DNA of 64,000 nucleotides, taken from NCBI GenBank assembly GCA_951406725.2, contig OX597820.1, positions 111,104,001 through 111,168,000 of the forward strand, written 5' to 3'. The notes beneath the pieces are model-generated. The model did not search any database, had not been told where the DNA came from, and was given only the letters and a program-made list of their open reading frames with translations. Below are positions 1 to 13,389 of the stretch, piece by piece. The translations under genes were made by a program, and so were the position numbers. The stretch is from Octopus vulgaris. Taxonomy: Eukaryota. The first letter of the stretch is position 1. The number at the start of each line of letters is the position of its first letter.

Positions 1-1619
1 AGCGATGAGTTTCATTTACATATTTAGTCTTTTGTCGACATCAGTGACAACTTGAAAATATAGCATTGAGGTAGATTCTAAAACATACCAAAGACTTTTG
101 ATTGTTTTCATAAAATGTTTCATGCAGCTTTAAAGTAATTTTATAATCTGGTGCTTGAACATATTTTTGTTGCAGTCACGTGCTTATTTTTTAATGTCCT
201 TCCGAAAATAGATCTGTAAAATTATGGTTCTTTATTTTGTAAAGACCGAATAAAATCACCTCTCTGCTTGTACTTTAAAAGTTGGCATAAACTCATTTTG
301 TCTCATAATTTCTGCTCCAAATTATATCATTTGAAAATTATAGCTGTGGATGTAATGTTTGTTTTTCTACTCTTTTTTTTTTTACAAATATTTTGGATTT
401 ATAGTGGTACTGAAAACGAAATCCAATTATAAATTGTGGCCGCTCAATTAGAGACAAACAGACCTTAGCATTAGAGCCTCACGTACCGATTTATTCTTTA
501 TCCTACCAACACACCAACACTCCTGTCACATGTCTTACACGTCGAGTCCAGAGATGCAATTTCTTTCAAATGTATCATCATGATTAGGATCATAATTAAA
601 TGCAGTTTCTCCGTGCTTTTTCCTCAAATTTTTTATTTGTAAGATTCTATTGTTTTTAAATTTTATTTCTCAGTCTATTTCAACCTTTTGTGTTGTCTTT
701 TTCTTTCTGTCTTTCTTCGTTTTTACAATGTTATTTGTTTGTCTTTTTCATTTTCCTGAGTATTTTCATTTCTATAATTTTCCCTCTTTCTGTGCCATTT
801 TATTTCTCCATTTTGTTCTCGTTTCTTCCCCACATACTCACTCATTTTTTTCAACCTCATTTTCTATCCGTTTTACTTTTTATTTTCTCAGTATAACGCT
901 TTGTCACCTTTTGAAGTTTCATTCCTTTCCTCTGTCTTTTTCACTCTTTTACGGTAATAATTATTTGTTTACTTTTCTCTCATGCTCATGAACGCTCATG
1001 AGAAAGAGATCATCATAGTGGTCTTTTATAGTTTGACAACTAAATAATACAGACATGTTCCATTCCAGGAGTACTCGACTATTTATAGTGAACTGAGAAA
1101 CAATTTCAAAGCAATTCTTGTGATTAATCTGATTTAGCATGCTACAATTCATTAATTGCTACCAATAAAACATTACCCGACTGATATAACTTTACGAATA
1201 CTGCATTGCGCTACTAGGAATAAATGAGTGAAAACCCCCCGGTTGTTAAGTACATAATGTACGATTTTTTTCATGTATGATAGTAATTGATATTGTTATG
1301 AAATAAGAATCATGAGATCCTGAAAAAATTAATGATTATTCATATGGATTTTAAATTAAATCTGTCCAAGAAATAAGTTAATTTGATTTTGTTGAATATT
1401 TTTCAATGAATTTAATGCATACTTTATCTTAAATGTACGTTCAAGATGGCGGAAAAAGTATGATTGACATTATCCCCAACCATGAATAATAAGGTTCAAA
1501 ACAAACAACTGTAACGTTGGACACTTGCATATTTGTTCTGCGTTCACTTGACACTTACGAGGCATTACAACGAAAATTTTAATTTCTAGCGAAAGAATTA
1601 TAAAATGAATATAACAGCT

Positions 1620-1969
1620 TGTGTGTGTTGATGTTGAGCGAAGCGGTCTTCTATAGTGAGAGAAGTCCAAAACGTGGTTCTTTGCTATTCGTAAGACCCG
1701 CAGAAGAGAGAGCAGGTCAACCCCCGACACCGAGAATGCGCATCCAGGCTCAGCGGTTGCGTAAGAAGTCGGGGACAAGAAACAGGAAGAAAGAGTGAGA
1801 GAAAGTTGGAGCGGAAGAGTACAACAGGGGTCACCACCACCCCCTGTCGGAGCCTCGTGGAGCTTTAGGTGTTTTCGGTCCATAAACACACACAACGCCC
1901 GGTCTGGGAATCGAAACCGCGATCCTCCGACCGCGAGTCCGCTACCCTAACCATTGGGCCATTGCGCCT

Positions 1970-1970
<1 letters not shown>
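1620..1970 (-). mobile_element. tRNA-derived SINE, family A (copy 1)
   Basis: Minus strand starts GAGGCGCAATGGCCCAATGGTTAGGG...GGTTTCGATTCCCAGACC (A-box and B-box like). 1778-1970 aligns with 13150-13343. Left boundary approximate. Confidence 0.8.

Positions 1971-1973
<3 letters not shown>

Positions 1974-2061
<88 letters not shown>
1974..2061. repeat. (GT)n microsatellite
   Basis: Pure dinucleotide run. Confidence 0.95.
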
Positions 2062-2063
<2 letters not shown>

Positions 2064-2620
2064 CTAAATTAGATGTTCCATTATGCAATTGCTACGACGA
2101 ACATTCTTTAGAAACTAAACTATTTATCTCTCATAAATTATGCATTTACAGGGGGGATAACTGTAATACACCTGTAACTGCAAAGATTAGGGCTTTCTTC
2201 TTTTCTTCTTTTTTTTATATCATATTCTCCGACTTATAAAGTGTTCCTTGCTAAAACTTCTCCACATGAAAATTCTTCGTGTATTTATTCTTGGTTAACG
2301 AAATCAAGTTAATTTAAGTTACATTTAAGTGACGTGCTCACTTTGAAGTGGTATATCTCACTATGAAACGACACGTCCTCGTTTAAAAATCAATGTATTT
2401 GCACTTTGAAATTATGATTTCAGTTTATTGTGTAAAATACAATTACATATTGATAACCTATATCAATATGTATCGATGTAATAGTTATTAATGGGAAAAT
2501 TGTCAATTACTAACCACATAGAGATGTAACCTCTATATAACAGTAACCGATATAAATGTTGATTGGTTGGCTGGCTGGTTTGTTGGTTGGTTGGTTGATT
2601 TCTCCAGTCACGCTTTACAT

Positions 2621-2901
2621 CAGTAGTCCCCAAACTTTTTTGGGCTGCCGCCCCCTCAACACTCAGGCCACATTCCTAGCGCCGACACCTCAACAAACCA
2701 TCACAAACATAGACTTCTTTCTGAAGCAAATTCAAAGCAACTGTATTTCACAAATAAATCCATTATTTTGTTGTTTTTAACCCATTATCATCCCAATTTT
2801 TACATAAATTATACTCCATTAGCGCCTCACTTTTCTTCAACGCCCCCTTGGAACTTTCCACCGCCCCCAGTGGGCAATATCGCCCACTTTGGGAAGCACC
2901 G
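2621..2901. mobile_element. hAT (Charlie-like) MITE
   Basis: Termini CAGTAGTCCCCAAAC ... TTTGGGAAGCACCG are imperfect inverted repeats. Exact 8-bp target-site duplication CTTTACAT at 2613-2620 and 2902-2909; 8-bp TSDs are diagnostic of hAT. Confidence 0.85.
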
Positions 2902-3290
2902 CTTTACATCGTACAAAGAAACAAGGAGAAAGGGTAAAACAGATACAAAAAGTTAAGTTAAGAGTGCATATACTAGACTTCGTGGCAGGAGAAGCAGAGG
3001 GAGTGACAGAGTAATTATGAGAGGAGTTATACAAATGAGACATTTGTTTTAATTAATCTTATTTTAAGGTAATAAATATTTTTCTTTTGAAAAGTAGTAT
3101 TCGTTTCGTTAATTTCAATAAGCACAAAGGAATTTAATTTCCTGACATTACCCATGGTGGTAAAGTTATGTTTGCAAAGTTACCTATCATATGATGGGTA
3201 ACACTCTAGTATATATATAATAGTTGTGTAAACAACAATCAAATACTGACCACATATAGAGATACTAGCTATAAATACAAAATACAGTCA

Positions 3291-3700
3291 AAGGAGGCGA
3301 GCTGGCAGAAGCGATAGCACACCGGGAGAAATGCTGGGCGTTATTTCGTCTGCCGCTACGTTCTGAGTTCAAATTCCGCCGAGGTCGACAAGGCCTTTCA
3401 TCCTTTCGGGGTCGATTAAATAAGTACCTGTTACGCACTTGGGTCGATATAATCGACTTAATCCGTTTGTCTGTCCTTGTTTGTCCTCTCTGTGTATAGC
3501 CCCTTGTGAGTAGTAAAGAAATAGGTATTTCGTTCTGAGTTCAAATTCCACCGAGGTCGACTTTGCCTTTCATCCCTTCGGGGTCGATTAAATAAGTACC
3601 AGTTAATCACTGGGGTTGATGTAATCGACTTAAGCCACTTGTCTGTCCTTGTTTGTCCCCTCTATGTTTAGCCCCCTGTGAGCCATAAAGAAATAAATAC
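3291..3700 (+). mobile_element. tRNA-derived SINE, family B (full copy plus tandem 3' partial)
   Basis: GGCGAGCTGGCAGAA head, GAGTTCAAATTCC B-box, body GTCGACTTTGCCTTTCATCCTTTCGGGGTCGATTAAATAAGTACC repeated at about 3360 and 3530; same sequence recurs at about 14015, 44105, 49765 and 61355. Confidence 0.85.
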
Positions 3701-3940
3701 AGTCAAATAATTGACGCACCATGATGAAGAAGCTAAGAAGTTTGATTCACAACCACAAGATCTCGGGTTACTTTCTCCACCCGGGGTGTTGAGCTAGTGT
3801 CATTTGCCTCAGCTCTGGTCGTTTCAAGCCTTGATAATGACATTGGGTAGACAGAAATTGTTCGGGTGCCCTTTTCTTTGGATGTTTTTTTGTTGTTTTT
3901 TTTTTGTATTTTTGTATTCATCTTCACTAATAAATGGAAC

Positions 3941-4890
3941 ATGCTTTGCAGACGACAATTTCATATGGGATCGAAGAAATGGAAGAAATTATGTTATATT
4001 TTCTTCATAAGTGAAAATAGTGTTTTTGTCATTAGAGTCTCGAAGAAGAATGGAATTAATAATTATACCTCTGACTTAAAGTCCATATTTATCACATACA
4101 GAGTCAGACTGATTCTGTTTGAAAGTTACGTAAAAGGTACACGCAACTATGTCAATGATTCAATGAACAGATAGACAAATTGACCGTATAATTGATCATT
4201 CATCGTTGAAAACAACGGAGATCCATTTACAGTAATATACTGTCCGATATAATAGATATGATATTGTAAAATATAGTGAAATACGAAGCACATATCATGG
4301 CCTGTAGTGTATGCTAAGAGATGAATTCTAAGTAGGTGTTATTTATTCTTAGTAGTTTCTGATAGAAGACACTGATCTAATCTATGAAACAAAGGAAGGT
4401 GATAAATCTGTACTACCTTATTTATTTATTTTTATTGTTGGATGTGCTGTATATGAGAAATTGCGGTCGTAGTAATAGTAGTAGTCCATAATAAATAATG
4501 TTTGGTAGATAGTTGAACATATAAAATAACGTTGTTTCGTGATTGTCGATACGAAATCTTTTCTTACCTACCTGAATGGCTTAGCAAGATTGAGATATTA
4601 AAATAGCATTCACCGACGCAATGTTCAACTCATTTTTTATTCAATTCAATAATATTTTGTGTTGCTTATTATATATACTTTAAGTCAGAGTATATTTGTT
4701 TTAATTCACTACTGCTATCTTAAACTTAAATCAAACTTGCACGAGATTATAGAAAAACGGACTCAAAAATGTGATATTACTTCCATTCTTCTTCGAGATT
4801 CTAATGACAAAAATAAAATTTTCACTTCTGAAGAAAACAGAACAATTTCTTCTATTTCTTCGATTCCATACGAAACTGTCGTCTGAAAAC
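3941..4890. repeat. Diverged inverted repeat pair (about 3941-4062 and 4770-4890) with decayed hammerhead-like motif
   Basis: Arms are reverse complements by eye. Right arm reads ttttca-CTTCTGA...GAAAC-TGTC-GTC-tgaaaa at 4819-4889. Confidence 0.6.
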
Positions 4891-5651
4891 AGTCTCCCGA
4901 GATAGACAATTTGTTAGGTTGTCAAGCATGTAAATAACACCATTTATTGTCTTTCATTTGACGAATCTTTGGCGTATATTTAATAGTCAAGATAAGAAGA
5001 ATGCAAGACAAAAACATTCAAAGAAAAATATTCTTAATGCACCGAATAAATTGTCTGTTTTTAATCTGGAAACTCTGCATCAAATGACTGATTTGGAAAG
5101 ACGAACAAATAAAACAGTGAGATAGGAAAATTTGGATGTTCAGTTCAAAGAAATTTTTTCTTAGGTATTTGCATTTAGGAGACGTTTCTCGAACAAGTGA
5201 ATATTTGGCCAATAACGCTATCATTTACATATCATTTCTATTCTCATTATACATGACAAAGAATTCATATAATTTACTATTTTTGTTATTGTTGTTGTTG
5301 TTGCTACTGATGCTGCTGTTGTTATTGTTGTTGTTTAAGCTCAGCTTGCATGTAATGTCTACGTTCCTGAGATGTTGGTACGATAATAAATTATGGATTA
5401 GGTTTTTAACGATTTTATTTTATATGTGAACAATTCTGCCCATTATGTGTATGTGAGACAGTCTGAATGAGTGAATGTATACCTGAGTGTTTGTATATGA
5501 TGGTTTAGGTGTGTGTCTCTGTGTGTATATATATGTGTATGTAAGTATATATGTATGTGTGTATATTTATATATACATATATATATAATAAAAAGTGACA
5601 ACAAAAGAATGATACCTCGATATTTAATAAAGAGAGGACTATTTATATATG

Positions 5652-5985
5652 TATAATTTAAGACAATCAGTAAGTTATTATTATAGTACTCGGAGTTCCG
5701 AATGTCGGAGCGAAGAACTGCGATGCATTCTCGTCGGCTAAACCGTTGAATAACAGGGAAGTTATTCTAAAAGGTAGGGAAAAGAAAAAAGAAAAATAGA
5801 TAAAAGATAAAAAATACACGCAACCATATTCTCACAATACATAGACATTAAATCTCATGCGTTCATAACGTCTACATACGTACACACTCACACAAACATG
5901 TATATGTACATGCACATACACACATATCCACACACATATACACAAAGGTATCTGCATGCATACATTCACTCCCTCATATACGTAT
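5652..5985 (-). mobile_element. PLE-like terminal repeat fragment with degenerate hammerhead (inverted partner at 7150-7630)
   Basis: Minus strand 5740-5684: tag-CCGACGA-GAATG...CATTC-GGAA-CTCCGAG-TA-cta. Region is the reverse complement of 7150-7630. Confidence 0.65.
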
Positions 5986-6010
5986 GTACATATATACATA
6001 TACATACACA

Positions 6011-6108
<98 letters not shown>

Positions 6109-6109
<1 letters not shown>

Positions 6110-6899
6110 TAGCAGCATAGCCCGGCGTTGGCCGGGTATGTAAGAGCCCCTAGTAGGCAACGACTAATCCCAATCTAGTCCTTTCCCTATAGGGAACGAA
6201 GGCGCATGTGTAGGTTGCAATGTCTTCTCTTCACTCCCAAATAACTATCAAACAGCTATCGATAATTCAACCCAACCAATTCCTACCAGGAAGAAATTAC
6301 ATTCGAGACTTTACCCCCAACACCGCCACTTCTGCTAATAGCTGCTGCAGCCGCAAGTTATTCGAATACTTTTTTTGTTTACACTTTCTTTATAACTACC
6401 ACCCCAAACGTTTTACCTTAAATTTTTGACGTACCCTAAGGGTCCTCGGACGCTACTTGAAAACTCTTGGTTTATTGTAAACCGCTTTTGTCGTGTGCAT
6501 CAAAAAACCTTTTACATTCGTTTGTTCAGTTTGGTTACTTTTGACTTTTTCGTTGTTGTCATTCACATTGCTGCCCGCTTTTTTGCCGTTTTTGTACATT
6601 TTTATACATTTTGGGATACTTACCCCACGTATTCCAAGAGTTACAAAGGTCGAGTTGCGTCCCCTAGACAGTCTGTAGAAAATGTGTTGCATATAAAAAG
6701 CTTAGATTCTCGACCCATATCGAATTTATCGATTTTTTTTTCAGAACTGGGGGAACTTTTCAAAATTTTCGCTGCGTTAGTTTTGAATTATGACATTGGG
6801 CTACGTGTGTGTCAAGTTTCATCAGAATCGGTTGAAAGCCGTGGTCAGGGTGAGGGTACAACCTGACAGACACACAGACACACAGACAGACAAACTGCC

Positions 6900-6905
<6 letters not shown>
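6109..6905 (-). mobile_element. Non-autonomous Helitron-like element
   Basis: Minus-strand 3' end has GC hairpin CCCGGCCAACGCCGGG (6121-6136) about 10 nt before terminal CTAG (6109-6112). The 5' part has a (GTCT)n tract. Inserted in (TA)n; same 3' architecture as 50455-50839. Confidence 0.75.
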
Positions 6906-6956
<51 letters not shown>

Positions 6957-7149
6957 TTTATATACGTATATATACACATATATATACATATATGTCCTCC
7001 TATCACACACCTACACCTGCACATATACAAACATGCATATCCGTACAAATGAAGGGGACTTCTGCATGAAAGTCACACTTATGCACCGGACAGTCTTACA
7101 CTCATATACATACATATACGCATACATATATATACATATGTATAAATGT

Positions 7150-7213
7150 CTAAATATGTATGTATGCATGCAGACACCTCTGTGTATATGAGGATGAAGT
7201 TGAGTGCACATAT

Positions 7214-7277
<64 letters not shown>

Positions 7278-7630
7278 GTGTGTATATGTGTGTTGATATG
7301 TGTGAACGTATGAGTACGTACATGCACATATATGTTTGTGTGTGTATGTGCATGTACAATACACATTTGTGTGAGTGTGTAGGTATGTAAACGTTATGAA
7401 CGCAGGAGGTTTTATGTCTATGTATTGTGAGAATATGGATGCGTGTATTTTTATCTTTTATCTATTTTTTTCTTTTTTCCTACCTATTAGAGTAACTTCC
7501 ATTTTATTCAACGGTTTTTCATAGCCTCTATTATCATTAATAACCGACGAGAATGTATCATAGCTCTTCGCTCCGACATTCCATACTCCGAGTACTATAA
7601 TGACAACTTACTGATTGTCCTGAATTATAT
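7150..7630 (+). mobile_element. PLE-like terminal repeat fragment, second copy
   Basis: Reverse complement of 5652-5985; more decayed hammerhead relic at 7541-7598 (CCGACGA-GAATG..CATTC-CATAC-TCCGA-GTA-cta). Confidence 0.6.
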
Positions 7631-7639
7631 ATATATATA

Positions 7640-8062
7640 CGAGCAGGCGTGGCTGTGTAGTAAAAAGCTTGGTTCCCAACCATATGGTTCCAAGTCCAGT
7701 CCCACTGACTGGCGCCTTGAGCACGTGTCTTCTAGCAAAGCCTCGGGCCGACCAAAGACTTGTGAGCAGATTTGGTAAACGGAAACTAAAAGACGCCTAT
7801 CGTGTATTTACATACACGTATGTGTATGTGTGTGTGTGTGTCTTTGTGTCTATGTTTTTACCCCATCATCGCTTGAAAATCAATATTGGTGTGTTTACAT
7901 CTCCGAAACTTAACTGTTTGGTAAAAAAAAAACCGATAAAATAATTACTAGGCGTTAAAAATAATTTTTGGGGTGGAATTGGTCAACAAAAACACTTGGG
8001 GCGGTGCTCCACCATGGCTGCAGTCAAATGACTGAAACAAGTAAAAGAATAAAAGAATATAA
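7640..8062 (+). mobile_element. tRNA-derived SINE, family C (CORE-like)
   Basis: GCAGGCGTGGCTGTGT head, CCTTGAGCACGTGTCTT core-like motif, internal (TG)n, tail ending CAAATGACTGAAACAAGTAAAAGAATAAAAGAA; at least 10 copies in the window. Confidence 0.85.
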
Positions 8063-8154
<92 letters not shown>

Positions 8155-8534
8155 CAAATGACAAAGACGGAAAATGGAATATACAAGAAACTTTATTGCT
8201 CGCAACGATCATTTCGACGTATCTTGCATCGATCCCTGACGGGTGGGATAGTGTATGACTAGTTGTGGTGCATCCCTCTGTGCAGACGCATCTCCTTAGA
8301 TGATGTTATAAGGGGTGCTTCGTTAAATAAACTCCGTTTCGTCCCGTTTAAGTACAGAATGGCGCTAGTGACAGTATGTTTAAGCTATTGTATAATAAGG
8401 ACTCCATTTGTTCGACGAAAGCTTTCAATGCAGTATCCCATGGCAGTAGTCCAATGACTGAAAAAGATAAAGAACACGCTCACTCACACAGAAATATGTG
8501 ATTTCATGTGTACATCAGTGTGTGTGCGTGTGTG

Positions 8535-8599
<65 letters not shown>

Positions 8600-8601
<2 letters not shown>

Positions 8602-8772
8602 GCCATGATAGATCATTAGCCACTACACACATTTTTCTCTCCTTTTTCTGTGGAAGAGCGTAGGCTCGAAACGTTAAAGACTTTTTCAATTCCCGAGCGC
8701 TATACTAATACATCTGTTTGTTTTCTACACCACCTGTCTTCGTCTTTTGTTTCCTTCGTGAATTCTCCCTAT
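8600..8772 (+). mobile_element. Solo Penelope pseudo-LTR fragment with hammerhead motif (8643-8680)
   Basis: Aligns with the 3' end of the PLE at 27500-27712; ttttt-CTGTGGAA-GAGC-GTAG-GCTC-GAAAC-GTT-aaaga; flanked by (TA)n. Confidence 0.75.
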
Positions 8773-8780
8773 ATATATAT

Positions 8781-9200
8781 AGGTGCAGGAGTGGCTGTGT
8801 GGTAAGTAGTTTGCTTACCAACCACATGGTTCCGGGTTCAGTCCTACTGTGTGGCACCTTGGTCAAGTGTCTTCTACTATAGCCTCGGACCGACCAAAGC
8901 CTTGAGTGGATTTGATAGACGGAAACTAGAAGAAAGCCGCCGCATATGTGTATGTGTGTGTATACACATGCATGTGTTTGTGTATCTGTATTTGTCACCC
9001 CAACATCGCTTGACAACCGATGCTGGTGTGTTTACGTCCCCATAACTTAACGGTTCGGCAAAAAATACCGATAGAATAAGTACTAAGCTTACAAAGAATA
9101 AGTCAAAGAATAAGTCAAATTGCTCGACTAAAGGCAGTGCTCCTGCATAGCCACCGTCAAATGACTGAATTAAGTAAATTAGTAAAAGAATAAAAGAATG
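8781..9200 (+). mobile_element. SINE family C copy
   Basis: GGTGCAGGAGTGGCTGTGTGGTAAG...GGTTCAGTCC...GGCACCTTGGTCAAGTGTCTT; homologous to 7640-8062. Confidence 0.85.
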
Positions 9201-9290
9201 TATATTTCGATGTTGTATTTAGTTTTCAAGATACTTTATGTGAATTCGTGTGTTGAAGTATATTTTATTGTGTCTGGGGAGAGTCATTCT

Positions 9291-9573
9291 CTTTTAGTGC
9301 CTTATTACTTAATACACTCACCGGTTCGATTTCCACTCATTTACTTTATTTTTTTCTAAAATTTTCGTTGCATCTTGCATGCAACTTTTTCAATAGTCGT
9401 TGCGTCTTGCAACCTTTTCAATTTTCGTTGAGTCTTGCAATCTTTTCAATTGTCGTTGACTTTCAACGACTATTAAAAGGTTGCCAGTCGCAACGAAAAT
9501 TTAAGAAAAAACAAATAAATAGATTAGTGGAAATCGAACCGGTGTGTGTGTTAAGTAATAAGGCACTAAAAGA
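9291..9573. repeat. Fold-back repeat with internal ~28-bp tandem; same family as 28200-28332
   Basis: TTTTAGTGCCTTATTACTTAA...CCGGTTCGATTTCCACT is mirrored at about 9463-9573; TCGTTGCGTCTTGCAACCTTTTCAA is repeated about 3 times on the left arm. Confidence 0.8.
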
Positions 9574-9743
9574 CACAGCAATACACACACACATACATTT
9601 AATACATATATATATGTATGTAAGTATGTATGTATATATATACATTCATATATGTGTTTGTGTGTAAGGATGTATGTCTGAGTGAGTGTGTATATATATA
9701 TATATATATATACATGCGCTCATATTTATACATACATATATAT

Positions 9744-9799
<56 letters not shown>

Positions 9800-10416
9800 A
9801 TACACACGTTCTCACACCTGACACCTGCCATGTAAATAGACATCTTATTCGATATCCTACATTTTTCTATTCCTTTCACATTTGCGTTGTTTTACCTGTA
9901 TATAAAGAGATGTGTAAAATATTTATGTGTATACAAACGTAAAACGGCGATACTATGATAATTTATCTCAGAGAAACTTCTCAAGTAGACTTGTTTTATT
10001 AAAAAAAAACACAGAAAGCTTGCCCAGAATTTCATCGGTGTATTGTCAGATACCATTGTTTCGATCTGATTTTGTCTCTTCAGTGATGAATACCTATGGA
10101 CATTCTGAGCTAAACCGAAAAATATTCGTTCCGATTCGGTAAACAAAATATTCAATGGCTTGTGCGAAAAGTAATCAGGCTAAGGCTAAAATGAAATCAA
10201 GATCCACATTTCAAACAACATTAGATTAAAATAACAACGTGTATAGCATATGTAATGTATATAGAAGCGTAGAACGACACTAACCGTAATATTTCATTTA
10301 GCTTTTAACACCCAAGTTCTTCGAGAACAAATACACCCATACACACACACATTTATAGGTATCCCCAATACCCGTGTAAATATGTATGTACCTGTGTAGA
10401 TATATATATGTATGTG

Positions 10417-10461
<45 letters not shown>

Positions 10462-11612
10462 CATGTGTGTGTATAAGAAGATATGTATGGGTGTGTATAT
10501 GTGTGCATGTATGGACATGTTTTCTTTGACATTAATGTAAGTTTCTCCTTCCTTTGCAGGACTCAAGCCGGTCATGAACAAAGCTTTTTCGTTTTAGTCA
10601 AGACAGTTATTAGCGTTTGTGGATTCCTCAATTAATGTGAGCTTATATGTAGATGTGACTGTGGAAAAATTGTGTCATAAAACAAGTATGCTTTAGTACA
10701 CAAGTGTGTGTGTTTGTACTTGTGTTTTGTGTGTGTGTGTGCATGTGTTTGCTTCTTTACTATTTCAGTGTTAGTATTCTCTGTGTGCGTCTGCATGTGT
10801 ATGTGAGTATTCCATTTGAAATTGTGATTTGGGGTATATATTCAGTGCATACAAGTACCTCAAATGAAGAATCTCTAGAAGGGTTTACAAATTTTCAGAG
10901 ATCTTGATTTTCTGAGATCCTAAATTTTCAGAGATCCTGAACATTTCTAGGTTTTATTTCACATTTTTTATTACGTTACACAGTACACCTGTGACAATAG
11001 ATAAATACAAATATCTTTAGCTTGGATATTCAAGCAGATTATCAATAGTTCAACAAAGTCGTTCTTTTTTCACAGCCGTCAGGCAGCTGATCTCTTTAAC
11101 AGCGCTAGACTCTTTTCTGGTCCCAAACAACAATATCTGGTCTATTGTTCTTACATCAGATTCCTGTTTTTATTTCAGCGTTTCATCAGTATTCTTCATT
11201 TTCCAAGGTGTTCATACATTGTAGTGCTGGTGTGTCTTTAGTATAACGTTAGGACAATTGCTCCTGACTAAATAATAGTAGAGTGTTATGGAAACAACGC
11301 ATGCGTGCATATACGCAAGTAAAAGTACGTATATATTTGTGTATATGTATATGTTTAACTTGGTCTTAACTTGGTCCTTACTCGGTTCGTTTGGTCCCTT
11401 TTTAACAGCAACCACAAACTGCATGTGTCATTTCACCTCCAGCAATAAAGAGAAATCTCTATATTTTTTCCATAACTGTTATCTCTGAAGAGCGCAGGCT
11501 GTTATCTAACACACCGTTGAATCCCTAGTGTGAAACCGATTGGTAATCCTGGCTGAAATGGATATATAATACTTTACGCTTCAATCGATATATGTGTGTG
11601 TCTGTGTAAATA

Positions 11613-11649
<37 letters not shown>

Positions 11650-11654
11650 TCACA

Positions 11655-11707
<53 letters not shown>

Positions 11708-11858
11708 GTATATGTATATATATAAATCTGATATCATTTCGCAATCCAACCACTTTGCTAGTTCTTGTTCAAATGACTTCAAATTTTGACATCTTGTGTA
11801 GAAACAGGTCAAAATTTTATGTTTAATGTTTGATATGTTTATCTTTTGAGGTATAGAA

Positions 11859-12722
11859 ATGGCATTCACTGGAAGAGAAAAGGCGTTTTGTGTGTTATAG
11901 TATGCTCGAACACAGTCGAAAAAGACTGTGCAGCGTGCATTTGTGAGAGAGTTCTCTAAAAAGTCACCAACGGCAATGTGGATTTGGACAAGGCACAAAA
12001 AATTGAAAGAGGAAGGCTGTCTGTGCATGGCAAAAGGATTTGGACGACCACTAACATCGGAAGAGATGGTCAGCGGGTTCGCCAAAAATTCTTGTGAAGC
12101 CCCAAGAAGTCCATAACAAGAACTAGTCTGGAAACCCAGATTCCTCCAACGACAGTTTGGCACGTCTTGAGGAAACGCTTGCTAATGAAACCATACAAGC
12201 TGCAGCTCAATCAGGTCATAACGGCAGATGACAAGCAAAAGCGCAAACAATTCTGTGTTCATATGCAAGAGAAACTTGAACAGCCGAGTTCAAGGAACGT
12301 CTTGTTTTCAGTGATGAGATCACATTTCATACGAATGGCAAAGTCAATAAGTATAATGTTCGCATTTGGGGCGAGGAAAATCCCCATAACACAGCTGAGC
12401 ATGAGAGGGACTCACCAAAAGTGAATGTGTTCTGCACCATCTCCAAGAAGCATCTTCATGGCCCGTTTTTCTTTGAGGGGTAATGTGACCGGCGATGTTT
12501 ATCTGCAAATGCTTCAGAACTGGCTAAGGAATGAGCTCATTGCAAACGAACATGAAGATTCCATTTTTCAAAAGGTTTGGGCTCCACCTCATTGGAAGCT
12601 CATTATGCAGGCTTATCTCAATGATAATCTGCGAGGGAGATGGATCGGGTGTGCTGGTGATGTTGAAACGGCCGCCACGTTCACCTGACCTGACACCTTG
12701 CAATTTTTTTTCAATTGGATAA
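11859..12722 (+). pseudogene. Decayed Tc1/mariner-superfamily transposase (DUF4817 HTH; rosa-like)
   Basis: Across frameshifts and stops: MAFTGREKAFCV..VQRAFVREF..GRP..SPKKS..KPYKLQL..FSDE..NGKVNKYNVRIWG..HGPFFF..YLQML..RWIG..PPRSPDLTPCNFF. Confidence 0.85.
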
Positions 12723-12957
12723 ATGAAATTTAATTAGTTTAAATATTTCCAAATGCATATAAATATTACTTGCTGCCGTTAGACATCCTAAAATACTGTT
12801 AAAAGGTTTACAAATTGAAAATATAGAAGTCCAGAAAATGCTTATGGGTAATGGGCAATCCTATACTCCCGTTGAATACTTTATACATACATGCATATAT
12901 ATTTGTGTGTTTGTGTATGTATGTATGATATGTATATACATAAAGATACACATATAT

Positions 12958-13343
12958 GGATGGAAGCACTCCGTCGGTTTCGACGACGAGGGTTCCGGTT
13001 GATCCAAATCAACGGAACAGCCTGCTCGTGAAATTAACGTGTAAGTGGCTGAGCACTCCACACACACGTGTACCCTTAACGTAGTTCTCGGGGATATTCA
13101 GCGTGACACAGAGAGTGACAAGGCCGGCCCTTTGAAATACAGGTACAACAGAAACAGGAAGTAAGAGTGAGAGAAAGTTGTGGTGAAAGAGTACAGCAGG
13201 GATCACCACCATCCCCTGCCGGAGCCTCGTGGAGCTTTTAGGTGTTTTCGCTCAATAAACACTCACAACGCCCGGTCTGGGAATCGAAACCGCGATCCTA
13301 TGACCGCGAGTCCGCTGCCCTAACCACTGTGCCATTGCGCCTC
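12958..13343 (-). mobile_element. SINE family A (copy 2, different distal segment)
   Basis: 13150-13343 matches 1778-1970 including the tRNA-like head; 12958-13149 is unrelated to the corresponding part of copy 1. Confidence 0.8.
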
Positions 13344-13389
13344 ACACATATATATATACAGATAAGGAAATAATTATTCCTGTTCCTGC

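Noticed and set aside
1890-1970. tRNA gene (also 13270-13343 and the SINE B and C heads)
   Set aside because: A and B boxes are present but continue into repeated SINE bodies, with no complete cloverleaf or poly-T terminator.
8195-8305. Minus-strand hammerhead relic (CTAAGGA-GATGCGTC..GATACGTC-GAAATGATCGTT)
   Set aside because: Core is mutated and stem I does not pair; not counted.
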